The notes: generated by a model from the letters alone, not told the origin. DNA of 63,902 nt, filler included, from Basidiobolus ranarum (GCA_040143965.1; 48 parts of 48 records of this genome joined end to end with filler, not necessarily neighbours in it); one strand, 5' to 3'. Numbered from the whole stretch's first letter, positions 50,062-63,729 are shown. Translations and numbers: made by a program.

Positions 50062-50503
50062 AACGAATTGAAAACACATAAAAAGCTTTATTTATGAATC
50101 AAATAGCACACCATCTGTTCATGATCATTTCCATTCATTCAATTATTTACATACCTGATTGGATGTTGTGTATAGTTTCTCTTCCACAACAAGAAGTGCA
50201 GAGTAAATATTTTGAACTTACAATTAGAGTTGAGTCATACTAGGAATATTGGGCTCCAGAAGTAGCCTAACTTGTAGTCTCATGAAATAACACCTATTGC
50301 AATTTCAACATAACCACTACTTACTAGGTGAAGTTAAAGTATACTTTTTTAAATTCCATGTTCCATTCAATGTTCAATCAGTAATAATCCTACCTCATTT
50401 CACTGTGAATTAATATACCAAATTGGTGTCATGATTCTGATCTTGGCATACTCATCTACTGCAAATAGAACTCTTCTATTATTAGATTATGACATCATAT
50501 CTG

Positions 50504-50612
50504 TGTTGGAGGATCTTGACATAATGGGGTAGACTTTGAGTATTAGAAGCAACTTATGATAGTGTGTTTTAGTTAGTTTATTCTTAAGAGTATATGGTGA
50601 CTTATATAGTAG
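50504..50612 (-). repeat. LTR family D end, ~440 bp downstream of the oxidase gene
   Basis: Aligns with 7096-7206. Confidence 0.8.
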
Positions 50613-50725
50613 NNNNNNNNNNNNNNNNNNNNNNNNNNNNNNNNNNNNNNNNNNNNTTAATTAATTAANNNNNNNNNNNNNNNNNNNNNNNNNNNNNNNN
50701 NNNNNNNNNNNNACTCTGGATGTGC

Positions 50726-51715
50726 TGTAATATGGGTCTGTCTCTTGCCTCTTGGGTCTTTGTGACAGGGAATCAAGCCTCTAGAAATATCTAAGGACTG
50801 ATAAACCACAATGCAACATCCAGCTTTCCAGCTTTCCACTGAATAATATGCTGGTGCCTGACAAAGAATATACTGGCTTCCATATCCTTTGAGAATGATC
50901 AGATAAAAAGGGCTTATCCAATTAAAAGCAACTGTAAACTCAGCCAGCATGGTCTTGAACAATAATACACTAGTAGTTACTTACCCAAGGACATGAAAAG
51001 TCCCTTGCCTATGGAGACAAAGCTAGGAAAAAACTATAAAGTATTAGAAATACAACACCTACCAGTCAGTACTTCCTTTGAGCCAGTCAAGTCCTTTCTA
51101 GTCAAACAGTAGCCTGTAACTGTCTCTAGTAGTCTCCCTTGAGCTTCCTCTTCAAAGGTCTTGTAAGCAGTGATGAAACTAAGTGATGATCACAAGTAGT
51201 AATTGTTAGTTGAAAACCAGGATGATTTTTATTTGAAAAGATATGGCTCTTATTTATACTTATCTGAAGGCAGATATGATTACTGATGAGAATTTCCAGA
51301 AAGTTCCAGAGAATTCTTTTGGTGAGGATCTGGGAGTATGCTATCCTCATAAATCATATGATTAGTAATCTATGGAATGTTCTGGTAGATTGTAGAATAA
51401 TCCAGATAGTCATGGAATGCTCCGGTAAAATCAAATTTTGATTGGTCAAAACTTAATTAATCATCAAATGTTCCAGGAATCTTGTGCAATGTTCTGGAAG
51501 ATTGTAGAATTTTACAGAAAATAATAGGGCTAATGTGGGATAATACTAATAAATCTGAAATAATAGGGGATAATACTAATGGTGTGATATGATTGGCTTG
51601 AAAACATGGGTAAATTAGATATGGATAAAAAAACAGAAATTGTTCAATAGTAATGATATGAGCTTGGAGTGGAAATCAGTCAACCTGCCAGTGGTTACCA
51701 ATGCTACCCCCTACA
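50726..51715 (-). repeat. LTR family E, possibly complete (~990 bp)
   Basis: Aligns with 1340-1959. Right boundary CTACA is clear; left boundary (TGTAAT) is tentative. Confidence 0.6.
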
Positions 51716-52042
51716 GTGGTAATTTCAAAAACTCTGCTATTAGCCACATCAGAGTTACTTCCAAACCAAGCTTGATAAGGTGTCATAGCCAATAGAGACC
51801 CAGAAGGATATCTATTCCTAATTTATACTGTAGTTGCAACCAATTCAGCCCAGAATTGTTTTGGTTAATCTTGATCATGAAGCATTGATCTTGCCTTTTC
51901 CATTATTGATCTGTTTGCACATTCTGCTACTCCATTCTGCTGNNNNNNNNNNNNNNNNNNNNNNNNNNNNNNNNNNNNNNNNNNNNTTAATTAATTAANN
52001 NNNNNNNNNNNNNNNNNNNNNNNNNNNNNNNNNNNNNNNNNN

Positions 52043-53091
52043 TAATGACCAAAAATTGGTCTAAATTTGATCCAAAAGGTAAGAAATGCATATTTCTGGG
52101 TTATTGTACTCAAACTAAGGCCTACAGTCTCTATGATACCAAAATTTCCAAGATAATCAAGTCCTGGGATGATTTTGTATAATGAAAATGAAATATTTGC
52201 ACCCAAAATGTTTTCAGATGATTACAGAAATCAATTTTGTCCTGATCCAATCATTCAAACTAATTCATATCAAAATAATGATGAAAATAGCATTCCTGTG
52301 AACCCTTCAACCAAATTTTGGCCTACTGAAGTGCCCAATACAATGCCAGAAATTTTATTACCGTTATTCTAAACCAGGAAATCAAATTGGATCAGAAATA
52401 GCTCTGTTTACTACATCAATGAGTCCCAAAATTGGGCCTATGCCTGCACAGCTCAAATACATGAACCCCAGACTGTAAAAGAGGCCCTAAATGGCTCTCA
52501 CACTACATTTTGCAGTTCTGCAATGGCTGATGAGTACCAGGCTTTGACTAATAATCAAACTTAGGTTTTAACCAACTTACCTGATGATAGAAAATTAATT
52601 GGCTGCCTGTGGGTGTTTGAAGTTAAGTACAACTCTGATGGCAATATAGAAAGGTACAGGGCTAGACTAGTAGCCAAAGGCTATTCCTAAGCACCAGAAA
52701 TAGATTATACAGAAACTCTTGCTCCTGTAGCAAAGTTTAATTTAATTAGATTTATTTTGGTAATATCAGCTAAATATCGGTTTATTAAACATCAAATGGA
52801 TGTTAAAGCTGCTTTTTTGAATAGTGAGCTTGCCAAAGAAATCTATATGGACCAGTCAGATAGATTTGTGGACCTAGAAGATCCTAAAAGAGTTTGCAGA
52901 CTCCTGAAAACACTCTGTGGCTTAAAACAATCTCCAAGAGCTTGGAACAGCAAGACAGATGCTTTTTTGGAAATGCTCAAACTTCAAAAGAGTAATGCTG
53001 ACTATAGTATCTACTCAAGGCCAGATAAGAAAAACCCAGGTCTATTAGACTGAGATGTAGATGACTTTAATATAGCACCCAATGACTTGAA
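52043..53091 (+). mobile_element. Ty1/Copia RT, decayed; interrupted just after the VDD motif
   Basis: RYRARLVAKG, HQMDVKAAFLNS, LKQSPRAW. Confidence 0.92.
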
Positions 53092-53272
53092 CCTTAAAAA
53101 AAATAAATTTGATTTGATCCAGATTAGATCCACCCTCCAAAATGGCAAAACTATCAGAGAACCATCACAATATTAGTGGCTTGCATTCTGCCTGGGATTT
53201 TGATGGTGTGATGGCAGTTTCTTGACAGTATTTTGATGGTATTCATTCATGTTAAAATATTGGACTTGTTCC
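53092..53272. mobile_element. CMC element right end (degenerate TIR)
   Basis: Aligns with 48224-48400 and 14029-14200. Confidence 0.85.
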
Positions 53273-53372
53273 NNNNNNNNNNNNNNNNNNNNNNNNNNNN
53301 NNNNNNNNNNNNNNNNTTAATTAATTAANNNNNNNNNNNNNNNNNNNNNNNNNNNNNNNNNNNNNNNNNNNN

Positions 53373-54602
53373 TCTGTATGCAAGGCCACCTCAGAAGGGC
53401 TAAAATTCAATTTTGATAAGTCAGGATGCACCATCACTGATCAAAATGGGAATTATTTAGCTTTGGGAGAAAAGGATCAGAACTTATACAAACTTACATA
53501 TAATCCAAGAGGTTTATGTGTAAATATAAGCTATTCCAATCAAGAAACTATTCAATTATGGCATAAGAGGTTTGGCCATATTGGATATGATTATTTGAGC
53601 AAAATAATCAAAAATTGCCAAATTTCTGGAACTCAAATTAACACCCCCAACCAAAATGGAAATTTGTGAGGGTTGTATATATGGAAAACAAGCCAGGCAA
53701 CCATTCAAGAGCTCTGGTTTAATCAAATCTGTCAAAAAATTGGATCTAATTCATTCAGATTTGTGTGGACCTATGCAAAATTTATCTTTAGGCAGAAAAA
53801 TATATTTAATCACATTTATTGATGATTATACAAGATATACTTGGGTCTACTTTATGGAAAGAAAAAAAGAAGCTCTCTCTATCTTTAGAGATTATAAAAC
53901 ACTTGTGGAGACTGAAACTGGAACTAAAATCAATAAATTACAAATTGATAATGGTGGAGAATATACTTCAACACTATTTGAACACTTTTGCAAAGTTCAT
54001 AGAATTAAGCAAGAAACTACTGGCCCCTATTCACCTCAACAAAATGAGTTGCTGAAAGAGCTAACATGACTATGAAAGAAATGGCAAGATCTATGATAAA
54101 TGCACAATATTTATCTCATAACTTTTGGGTGGAATATGTTGCCACAGCTGTATATCTAAAGAATAGAAGCTTCACTAGAAGTCTGTCTAACTCTACACCA
54201 TATCAAGCTTGGTTTTCAGTTAAACCTTATGTAAAACATTTGAGGATCTTTGGATGCATTGCTTATGTCAAAATTATGATCAAAAATTGGTCTAAATTTG
54301 ATCCAAAAAGTGAGAAATACATATTTTTGGGTTATTGTACTCAAACTAAGGCCTACAGACTCTATGACACCAAAATTTTTGAATCAATCAAGTCCAGGGA
54401 AGTTTTGTTCTATGAAAGTGAAAATATTTCACCTAAAATGAGCTCAGATGATGAAAAAAATCAATTTTCTCCTGATCCAATCTTTCAAATTGATCAAACC
54501 AAAACAATGAAAAAAATGGCATTCCTGTGGACCCTTTGACCTACATTTTGCCTACTGAAGTGCCCAATACAATGCCAGAAGTTGTAGTACCTTAATCCCA
54601 AA
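53373..54602 (+). mobile_element. Ty1/Copia integrase (HHCC and core)
   Basis: LWHKRFGH, CEGCIYGK, LIHSDLCGP, DNGGEY, YSPQQN. Confidence 0.95.
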
Positions 54603-54730
54603 NNNNNNNNNNNNNNNNNNNNNNNNNNNNNNNNNNNNNNNNNNNNTTAATTAATTAANNNNNNNNNNNNNNNNNNNNNNNNNNNNNNNNNNNNNNNNNN
54701 NNATTACTCTCCGTAACTTTATTCTTCATG

Positions 54731-54812
54731 GTTGGTCATTTGCTCATATTCAATCACTAGAGTTAGTGTTCGTTGGTCATTTGCTCATATTCAATCACTA
54801 GAGTTAGTGTTC
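54731..54812. repeat. Exact 41-bp tandem duplication
   Basis: GTTGGTCATTTGCTCATATTCAATCACTAGAGTTAGTGTTC occurs twice in tandem. Confidence 0.95.
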
Positions 54813-55755
54813 GAAATGCATATATCCTCCAAATGGTAGGAAAATCTAACCACTGCATTATGGCCAGTACCCATTGAGCGGAGATATTACTATAATGTGC
54901 CAACGCTAAGTTCATTCATCAATGGAATTGCCAGGTAAGCAACATTACTAATATATTCATACACAACCCTGGTCAGGGATTTTTCGAGTGAGAGCTAGGG
55001 TTGCAGCTGATTTAGCGAATCAGCTTAGCGTATTAGTATACAGGAATAAAGGAAATACTTGATCAATCTTTCGGAACACTTACCGTTGTGAAGTATTTAG
55101 ATCGGAGTAAGAGAAGTCACCTAAATTTGGTACCTTCTTCTAGTTTAGAGAAAGAATTGATTATCCAAAAGTAGAGGTTGAGGGCTCAGTTAATGACTAA
55201 CGGTGGCTTACGACATTCCATGAGATTTCCTAAATATATCCAAAAATATGTGGAGATTTTGACTACTCCTGGCAACATTGGTCATGTTACATTCATGGCG
55301 TACAATTAAGATGGTTTCCTCGAATTTAACTTTCTAAATCCAAAATCGAAGCTCACTCTAGTCCGCCCATTTGAATGGAAAGAGATTCCGCAAGAATATT
55401 CATCTGACAATAGATCCAACCAAAGGTGCTTGACAAGTAATGGTTGACCCTCCAATAGTTCAATCACAGGATAAGTGACTGCTTGAACGAATATATCCAC
55501 TTCAATCGGAGGTAACTCCTTTGGGAAAGAAGGAGCAATATCCGGCAAATCTAGTTTATTCAGCAGCCCTTCCGATATCTGAGCTTTCGTGAGAAGAGTT
55601 GCCTAGTCCTCTGGCAGAGATTAACTAATTGTACATGTTTTGAGATTTCAAGTTCGACTTACATTTTCTCGTCGAGTATAAATAATCCCATCTGCACTTA
55701 AACCAAAACTCATTCAATACTTCTCCGCTCTTTCAAAGGACAATCAACAATTATC

Positions 55756-55896
55756 ATGGTTGGAGTCAAGCTTCTTACCTCCATCTCTCTTCTAGCCACT
55801 TCTACCATGGCTTGGGTTTGGCCCATGCCTCAGCAGATGGATGTTGGCAGTGACATCATTCGTCTTGACAGACGCCTCAGGATTAAAAATAATTTC
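55756..55896 (+). CDS. Secreted protein N-terminus, probably beta-N-acetylhexosaminidase (GH20)
   Basis: Signal peptide followed by WVWPMPQQMDVGS, matching the (L/V)WPxP start of fungal GH20 enzymes. Confidence 0.65.
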
Positions 55897-56032
55897 GTAA
55901 AGTTCGAATTAGGAATAAAAAAATAAAATCCCNNNNNNNNNNNNNNNNNNNNNNNNNNNNNNNNNNNNNNNNNNNNTTAATTAATTAANNNNNNNNNNNN
56001 NNNNNNNNNNNNNNNNNNNNNNNNNNNNNNNN

Positions 56033-56902
56033 TATGTAGCTTATCAATAGTTGAGCAAAGTTCAAAGGAAACATAGTCAAGAGCATCAACTTTCAAAATG
56101 GCTACTTAGCCAAGCATTGAAGACCACCTAGTGGAAAATTTGGATGGAATTATTACAACAAGGGAATCTCAGGCAGAACAGTATAATGATATGTATGCAA
56201 GGATAAGTAAAAAACTACAAAGCTGCTATACAGGCCATGAAAAGCAATAACTCTGCAATATTGCAATTAATGCAGTGTTCGGAAGCTACAAGGACATATC
56301 AAAATGGTAAAAGTGCCTGAGAAGGATTTTCTAGAGTTGGACGGAAAACATGTGATGCAAGTGTGCAGAAAGTGGCTTTGGAAGAAGTACATTCAACTTG
56401 ACATTTAGTCTGGTATTGACCATGCAGTATCTGGGAAGAACTTAGAACAGAGTGGCACAATATTGCAGGGTAACTGCCAGATAGCTGGAAGAATCCTGAT
56501 CCAGCAACATTAATACAATGATGGGCTTAGTTGGAGATATTGATACAAACTTGTGCTGGATATGGGCTAAACCTTGGGAGTGAAGAATTCTGCAACAATA
56601 ATTAGGCAAATATATTAAAGTAACCAGGGATTTCAAGGGGAACCAATTAGTGTTCAAGTGGTTAAGGTGTAAAATTTGAGTTATATTTTTTGCACATTTG
56701 TTGAATCACAGTTCTGTGAGCTTGTAGCCAACCTTGGTCAGCTATTTTGGCAGCTCTTGATATTTCACTCCTGAAACTGAAAAAATTGATTACTTTAAAA
56801 TCTAACTTGACATTTTTAAGACAATAAGTAAACTGCCAATCCAAAGTGGATTAATACTGTGACAGGTTTCCAAAAATAACAATCCTCAAATTTCTGTTAG
56901 GG
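56033..56902 (+). mobile_element. CMC ORF2 deletion derivative ending in the left TIR (ATTTCTGTTAGGG)
   Basis: ~0.9 kb of ORF2 is missing at ~56285; the terminus is the reverse complement of 43451. Confidence 0.85.
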
Positions 56903-57155
56903 GCATGTTTATGCCTTTCAAAAGTGGATAGTGGATTGTTAGGCTGCTCATCAATTGAGTCTTCTGTTCTTGCTGGTTTTTTTTCTTTTGTGCCAGTAGA
57001 TTTTAGCTTGTAAGCCAATTTTCATTTTAATTTTGAATTCTTTTTGAATGGCCTTGATATATTGAGATAGTAAACTTGATGTAGTGAAATTGCTTAGAAA
57101 TTACTTATAACAAGCCAAAATTGCCATCCACTACCAAAAATTTCTTTTAAATCTC
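56903..57155 (-). mobile_element. CMC ORF2 N-terminus and part of the intergenic region (insertion target)
   Basis: Aligns with 31553-31805. Confidence 0.8.
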
Positions 57156-57361
57156 CTCTGTTAGCTATGGAATCGAAGGCCTTAGTAACTACCGTAGCTT
57201 ACTTTGTAAAGAGTTTCGTCCCAAATGGATGTTTGGAAGCAAGTGATTTTCAGAGGCTCTGNNNNNNNNNNNNNNNNNNNNNNNNNNNNNNNNNNNNNNN
57301 NNNNNTTAATTAATTAANNNNNNNNNNNNNNNNNNNNNNNNNNNNNNNNNNNNNNNNNNNN

Positions 57362-58590
57362 TAAGCCAAATATAAACAATATTGATCAGATTCAATGATT
57401 GCTAATTGTGTGCAAACAGCCCATGACTCTAGATTTTTTGACCATATTGGAGTGAATTTTCAAGATGTTGCAGAACAGTTGCGCATGATTGGCCAGAATC
57501 TCAGAAACCTGTGGATCAACATATGTGCAAAAATGTAACTCAAGTTTGGCACATTTGCCACTTGAATGCTAATTTGTCACCTTTGAAAACTTTAGTTTCT
57601 TTGATATATTCTTCTGAATATTTTTAAAGAGTTCTTCATGCCAAAGGTTCAGCTTATATCCAACACAAGTTTGTATCAATATCTCCATCAAAGCTTACCA
57701 TTGAAGTAATACTGCTGAATGAATATTTTTCAAGCCATCTGGTGGATACCCTGCAACTCTGTGCCACTCTGAATCAAGTTCTTCCCATATATATGCATGC
57801 TGAACAATACCTTAGCAGATTGTTATTGTAGGAAGGCCATCACAATTTTAATACTTTTGAAATGACTGTTTACTTGCTATCTTAAAATTGTCAATTTAGA
57901 TTTCATTTTATTCAATATTTTCAGTTTCCAGAGGTAACTTTGAAGATCTCATAAAGTAGTTGCACATGATTGGCTACAATGTCAGAAAACTATGGATCAA
58001 CACATGTGCAAAGAATGTAACTCAAATATTGAACATTTACCACTTGAATGCTAATTTATCACCTTTGAAATCTCTAGATTTTTCAATGTATTCTCTTATA
58101 TATTTTCATAGAGCTCTTCAAACCCAAGGTTTAGCTCATATCTAACACAAGTTTATATTAATATCTCCATCAAAGCTCACCATCCTATTAACATTGCTGA
58201 ATCAACATTTTTCCAGCTATCTGGCAGATACCCTGCCATATTGTGCCACTCTGTATCAAGTTCTTCCCAGATTTCTGCATGGGCAACACTAGACTGAATA
58301 TCAAGTTGAATGTTCTTCTTACGAAGCCACTTTCTGCAAACATGCACTGCAGCTTTTCCTTCATAATTTTGCAAACACTCCTCAAGCACTTTAACTATCT
58401 TTATATGTCAATATAGTGTGATACTAATGAGAGAGCTCTGCAGTATTTGTGTGGCTCTTTGCTGCCTTTAATTTTGGGGCTAATTTCAACACATAGAAAA
58501 GTACCAGTTGAGGTTGGAGAGCCGTGAGTTTTATTTGCTGGTGTTGTGGCTTGTTGTGAGGTGCCAGGTTTTGGATAAACTCTCAAACTT
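57362..58590 (-). mobile_element. Mosaic of CMC pieces: transposase scrap and two tandem left-end/ORF2 segments
   Basis: 57362-57445 transposase; 57446-57809 ORF2 3' end; a new degenerate left end starts at ~57810. Confidence 0.8.
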
Positions 58591-58799
58591 NNNNNNNNNN
58601 NNNNNNNNNNNNNNNNNNNNNNNNNNNNNNNNNNTTAATTAATTAANNNNNNNNNNNNNNNNNNNNNNNNNNNNNNNNNNNNNNNNNNNNATTTCACCTT
58701 CTACTTTGCACACTTTACACTCTTTTTGAATGGACATTATTAGATTCACCGTTTTGCTGATACATTTTTATTATTTTTAATTTTCCCCCTCCATACCAA

Positions 58800-59712
58800 C
58801 CGTAAATTCAACTAGAGGCCAGAGTTGTGTCCAATTTTCCTGCTTATAATTGATGGTGCATTGCAAATATAGTTCCAAAACTTGATTGACTCTTTCTGTT
58901 TGGCCAACAGATTGGGGATGGAAAGCAGTGGAGAGATTGACAGAGATACCCAAGGTATGGAGGCAACATTTCCAGAATTAGGAAGCAAACCAAGGTCCTT
59001 GGTAAGAGATGATAGTTTCAGGGAGTCCATGTAGGTGGAAGATGTTTTAAGTTACCAATTCTGCTGTTTGTTATGCATCAATTGACTAGTTGCAGGACAC
59101 AAAGTGGGCCATCTTTGTTAGACAGTCAACAAGTATTTGAATTGAATCATATTTGGCAGACAAGGGTAGATCAGTTATGAAATCCAGGGATATGGATTTC
59201 CACTGCTGATCAGGAATTGGAAGTGGCTGTAGGAGGCCTTAGGGCTGATGTGTTTGAGTCTTCACTCAAGCACATGTATCACAGGTAGAAACAAAAGTCT
59301 TGACAAATTCAAACATTTTGGGCCACCAATAATCCCTGGATGCCAACATATATGATTTGGCAACACCAAAGTGTCCTGCTAGAGGTGAGTCATGTCTTTC
59401 CTGCATGATTTTGAGTCTGGGAGTGTTGTCTGGAATGTAAGGGTACTTCTTATAAAACAAGAGATCATTGATGATAGAGAAAAGGTGGTACAAGCTCAAG
59501 CTTGAGAGGTCTTTGGGTGATTCCTGGGCTTTCTTGATTCATACTACCAATGGGACTTCAGATTGAAGTTTGTGGATGTCTTCATGGAATGTGCTTGTAC
59601 TAGGCAGAGAAAGGGCAGTTGCACTAATTTGAAGTTGGTGGGGCTTCAGTAGAAAATATTTTGATAGCCAAATGCCCCATCCCCTTCTTTAGGCTGATAT
59701 TCTGCTCTACAT
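58800..59712 (-). mobile_element. Ty3/Gypsy integrase, decayed
   Basis: [39 protein letters not shown]; new sequence starting TGTAGT at 59713. Confidence 0.92.
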
Positions 59713-60087
59713 TGTAGTATGGGATAGGGGTGTTAACTTAAATATTCAGTAATAAAGCTTAATCCCACTACAAATCTCCAGCAAAGCTGAATTTTTTATA
59801 CTGGAAGTTTAAAAATATCAATAGGAGATATATTCTTCACTCTATCTTTAAAGGGTAAAGACACACTTCAGTATGTCAATAGCTTGAAGACTTTATGAGA
59901 AAAGATTATTTCTGATAATNNNNNNNNNNNNNNNNNNNNNNNNNNNNNNNNNNNNNNNNNNNNTTAATTAATTAANNNNNNNNNNNNNNNNNNNNNNNNN
60001 NNNNNNNNNNNNNNNNNNNCCAAGTACTCTCCTGCCTTCTAGCCTCTTGTCGTTGTTTCCAGTCCTTGTCCAGTTCCTTATTGTGAC

Positions 60088-61247
60088 ACTATCAGATGCA
60101 ATCCAAGATTAGCAAGAAGGCAGATCCTAAGACAGTTAATAAGAGGATCTTAGACTCTTAGCTCTTCATCACAATTGGGGAACTTAATAGTGTTTCACCT
60201 GCAGTCAGAAAGTGTCCTGATAACAACGTACATACTAGGAGACAGCCTATTGATCAACCTTCTGCATGAACTCTATAGACAACTCATGATGAACCACTTC
60301 CCAAGATGAAAAAGGAAACACCTACATTTACATCCTACTCAGTGGCCACAGCCATAGTTAGTGAGTTTACTCATGCAGATCTTACATGCTGCCATATTGA
60401 AAGTGGGGCAGAGATTTATGTGATGCCAATGGGCTTCTATAAGCCATTATCATGCAAACACTTGCTCCCAGTGGATACCAGCATACACTGGCATATGCAT
60501 GATGCCAACACTAGAGTCTCCTCACTCTTAGGAGTCACTCATGCACATCCCATCAACATACAAGAAGTAGAGCACACTTTATCTGTCTTCATCTGTTAAA
60601 AAGCAAACCTCAACTTACTACTTTGAAGACCTTGGGAGACAAAAGCAAGAGCAATAGTCATGAATTACCCTGATGGATCTGTTTGGTACACCATTTACAA
60701 AAGCAACCCAGGACTACTTGCCAGTTTTTGTGGAGCACCACCTACTTACCATAGAACTCAAACTGAGTGCAGAATCACTATCAAAGAAGATACTCACTAC
60801 CAAATACATTTTACATTTGACTCCAACTTAGCTTGGGGAACTGCTTTAGGACCTAAAGTGCAAGAACTCATTGTTAGGACCAAGTACAAGATATTTACTA
60901 CTAAAGTAAAAACTACCTTTGATTCACTCACTGATGGAACCAGAGCAGCCAATCTAGAAAGGGAGCCACTATATAATAGCACAAGTGTCAGACTAACTCC
61001 AGAGAGACTAGCTACTGTTAAGATTGGAAATGGCAAACTCAGCTCCAAGGAGGTTAAACAATTCAGTGCTATGATTGTAAGACATGACAGAGGCTTTGCA
61101 TACAATGACCAAGAATTGGGACTATTATTGCCCTCAGTTAAGGAACCAATGAAAACTCACACCATAGAATCCACACCATGGTCTTACAAACCTTGTCCAT
61201 GACCAAGAGGCCTGCAACCAGATGTGCATGCACTTCCTAAGAGTAAG
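60088..61247 (+). mobile_element. Gypsy (second lineage) protease and RT start, decayed
   Basis: IESGAEIYVMP (degenerate DSG), LLL.RPWE, ELGLL..EP..HT...PW; overlaps 34545-34636. Confidence 0.75.
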
Positions 61248-62283
61248 NNNNNNNNNNNNNNNNNNNNNNNNNNNNNNNNNNNNNNNNNNNNTTAATTAAT
61301 TAANNNNNNNNNNNNNNNNNNNNNNNNNNNNNNNNNNNNNNNNNNNNTGGATGCTACAGCGGGTATGGGGTTTAAAATCAAGGATATGTCCATTTTGTCA
61401 GAATTTTACTGTTGATGCTACGATGAGATCGAGCGACCTTTTATAGTTTCGCGGCGGCAGATCGTTGGAGATCGTACCCATGTTGAGATGGCATGGTTGG
61501 TCCATACAATCCGCCGATGGCATGATCACCAGTGTCAGCGCCGATGAAAATAAATCAAGATCTGACGCAGTCTTGAAGGATAAAAATGAGTGAATGCTAC
61601 ATGGAGCCAGGAAAGACAAGTTCTCCTCGCATTTTCCTTCCAATCTACGGAGATCTACCGCATGCCATATAGGTGAGGGGTTGAATATTAATTTGATTAT
61701 TATAGCCATGAGTCACACCAGGCTCTTGCTGCCAATGCTGGTAACTGTATAGCTGGTTCAATCTCGACTCTCGATTCATTATTTCAGATTCAAGTGGTAG
61801 ATGCAGCTATAGACAAATGGCTCATCAGGATATGGATAGGAGTATATACTTTTGCCGCACACTTGTCGGAATCTTGGATATTAGATTTTTAATTACAAAG
61901 ATTGCAACTGAGGTAATTTTCCTATGTTGCCATAGCTGTATAAATTCGTATGTTTATCTCTATGGGTACTGGTTTAGCAGTTTAACTATTATTCTAATTA
62001 TACATCAGTTTGGTTACTTTAGCTACTGTAGATTCTAACATACATTTGCCTTGGACTGCTCAATATAATGAAGCTGATTAATCCTCTTACAGTAATGGTA
62101 AGAACAATATTCCGTCTTGAGTTGCTACACTGAGCTCTGTTATATTTAGGAAAGCGGTGTGACATCAAAATCGAATACATTGAGTAGAACAGAAAATAGG
62201 TATATAAAAGTGTATTCACAGGAGTTGGTCCGAGCTTGTTTGAGGTGGGTAGGGTACAGTATACAATAATAAGTGAAATCAAT

Positions 62284-62575
62284 TTAAACGTATTTATCCG
62301 ATACTTCTAAGTTTTCTATTTCCACTTGTACCAAGTGTTGGCCAGGAATCATTACGAGACCGACGAATCTCTTTTCATCTAAATAAATAAAAAAAGGAAT
62401 TATTATAAATATACACCAACGTTGGTCTAAAAGTATACTTGAATTACCTCCACGATATTCATCTGTTTGTGACAAAATGATATTCTTGCCTTTATCAATG
62501 CACATAAACGTTCCAAGAAAAACTCGACCATCCGTTGCCTTAACCCTGGCTTTAAGATTTAAATATGAGCGTAAG
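62284..62575 (-). CDS. NAA38: Sm-like NatC auxiliary subunit (Naa38/Mak31), partial; intron 62379-62447
   Basis: LRSYLNLKARVKATDGRVFLGTFMCIDKGKNIILSQTDEYRG and EKRFVGLVMIPGQHLVQVEIE. Confidence 0.8.
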
Positions 62576-63385
62576 NNNNNNNNNNNNNNNNNNNNNNNNN
62601 NNNNNNNNNNNNNNNNNNNTTAATTAATTAANNNNNNNNNNNNNNNNNNNNNNNNNNNNNNNNNNNNNNNNNNNNGAAATTGCTGACAATGACTCCTATA
62701 GCACTTCTACACAAGTATAACCATCCATGTTCCAACTAAAAGTCAACCAGTTCAAACCCAACCTTGGCAATAATCTGTTTTATATATAATATTGCTGGAA
62801 ATCTCACCATGTATTAGAGCAGATACAAATGTAGACCAGTTATTTAACATTTCAATGCTATAAATAGAGTTACCTAGTACTAGGAGTGTTTTCTGAACAG
62901 GTATAGGCTGAACAGAGGTTGTAGAAGTTTCTACATCATGGCTTTATGATTATTACTATTTGGAGATTCAACATCCTCCATCATTGAGATATTTTACTTC
63001 AGATCCCATCCAGTAATATATAAGCACAATTCTAGTGTGATCAAACACAATTTGACAAAATTAATGGCACTGTTAAATTTTGGTGTTGATAAGTACCCAG
63101 CCATTATAACTGCTGAAAATTCCTACAGGAAAGAGAACAATAAGTTATGGAGGCATAGTTGAAGCTAAGACTTGGTGGAAATCAGGCAATTGGCTTTGGG
63201 GAATCCTCCCAGCAGCAAGCAAGTTTATATGAAATAATTGGAAACAGTTTACCATAGGAATGAGACATAGGTGGCAAGGGGTAAAGAATTTGGTAAGCAC
63301 AAATTGTTAGTCTGAGCTCAGCAACTGCTAAGAAGCACCAAAGTTGGCAAGTAGCAGGAAGCATGAGAAAATAGAACCACTTGAC

Positions 63386-63729
63386 TGTTGAGGTTTTTGG
63401 GAGCCTGTTTGAAGCGGTTTGGAGAATCAGAGAAATGGGTAGTTTTTGCTTATGATTTATTGAGTAGAAAGTTGACATTTATAACTTTGTCAAGATGTAA
63501 ACAAACTAACATGTAGAATGTGCTAAGGAAGGTCCCAGGAAAATATGTGCAATGTTTGGGGCTTCTAGCACTAGTTTGAAAGATATATATATCTGAGAAC
63601 TTCAAAGTTAATAATAATCTAAGTAAATTTCTCATGATAATGATGGGTAATATCTTAGTGAAATAGAAGATAACTAAGCACTAAGCTATATATGACTGTA
63701 TATGTGTTTAGGCAATGCTAATTTTAACA
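63386..63729 (-). repeat. Solo LTR family B (344 bp) with decayed 5-bp TSD TTGAC/CCGAC
   Basis: TG...CA termini; homologous to 8029-8325 and 42499-42627. Confidence 0.85.

Noticed and set aside
61348-61760. CpG-rich stretch with exon-like segments
   Set aside because: No recognisable protein in the frames I read; cannot support a call.
1240-62675. Regularly spaced TTAATTAATTAA palindromes resembling a repeat array or CRISPR
   Set aside because: Always centred in exactly 44+44 N between size-sorted contigs; this is an assembly linker.
62676-63380. Possible LINE C-terminal Zn motif (PCHLC) on the minus strand
   Set aside because: Too degenerate and frameshifted to call.
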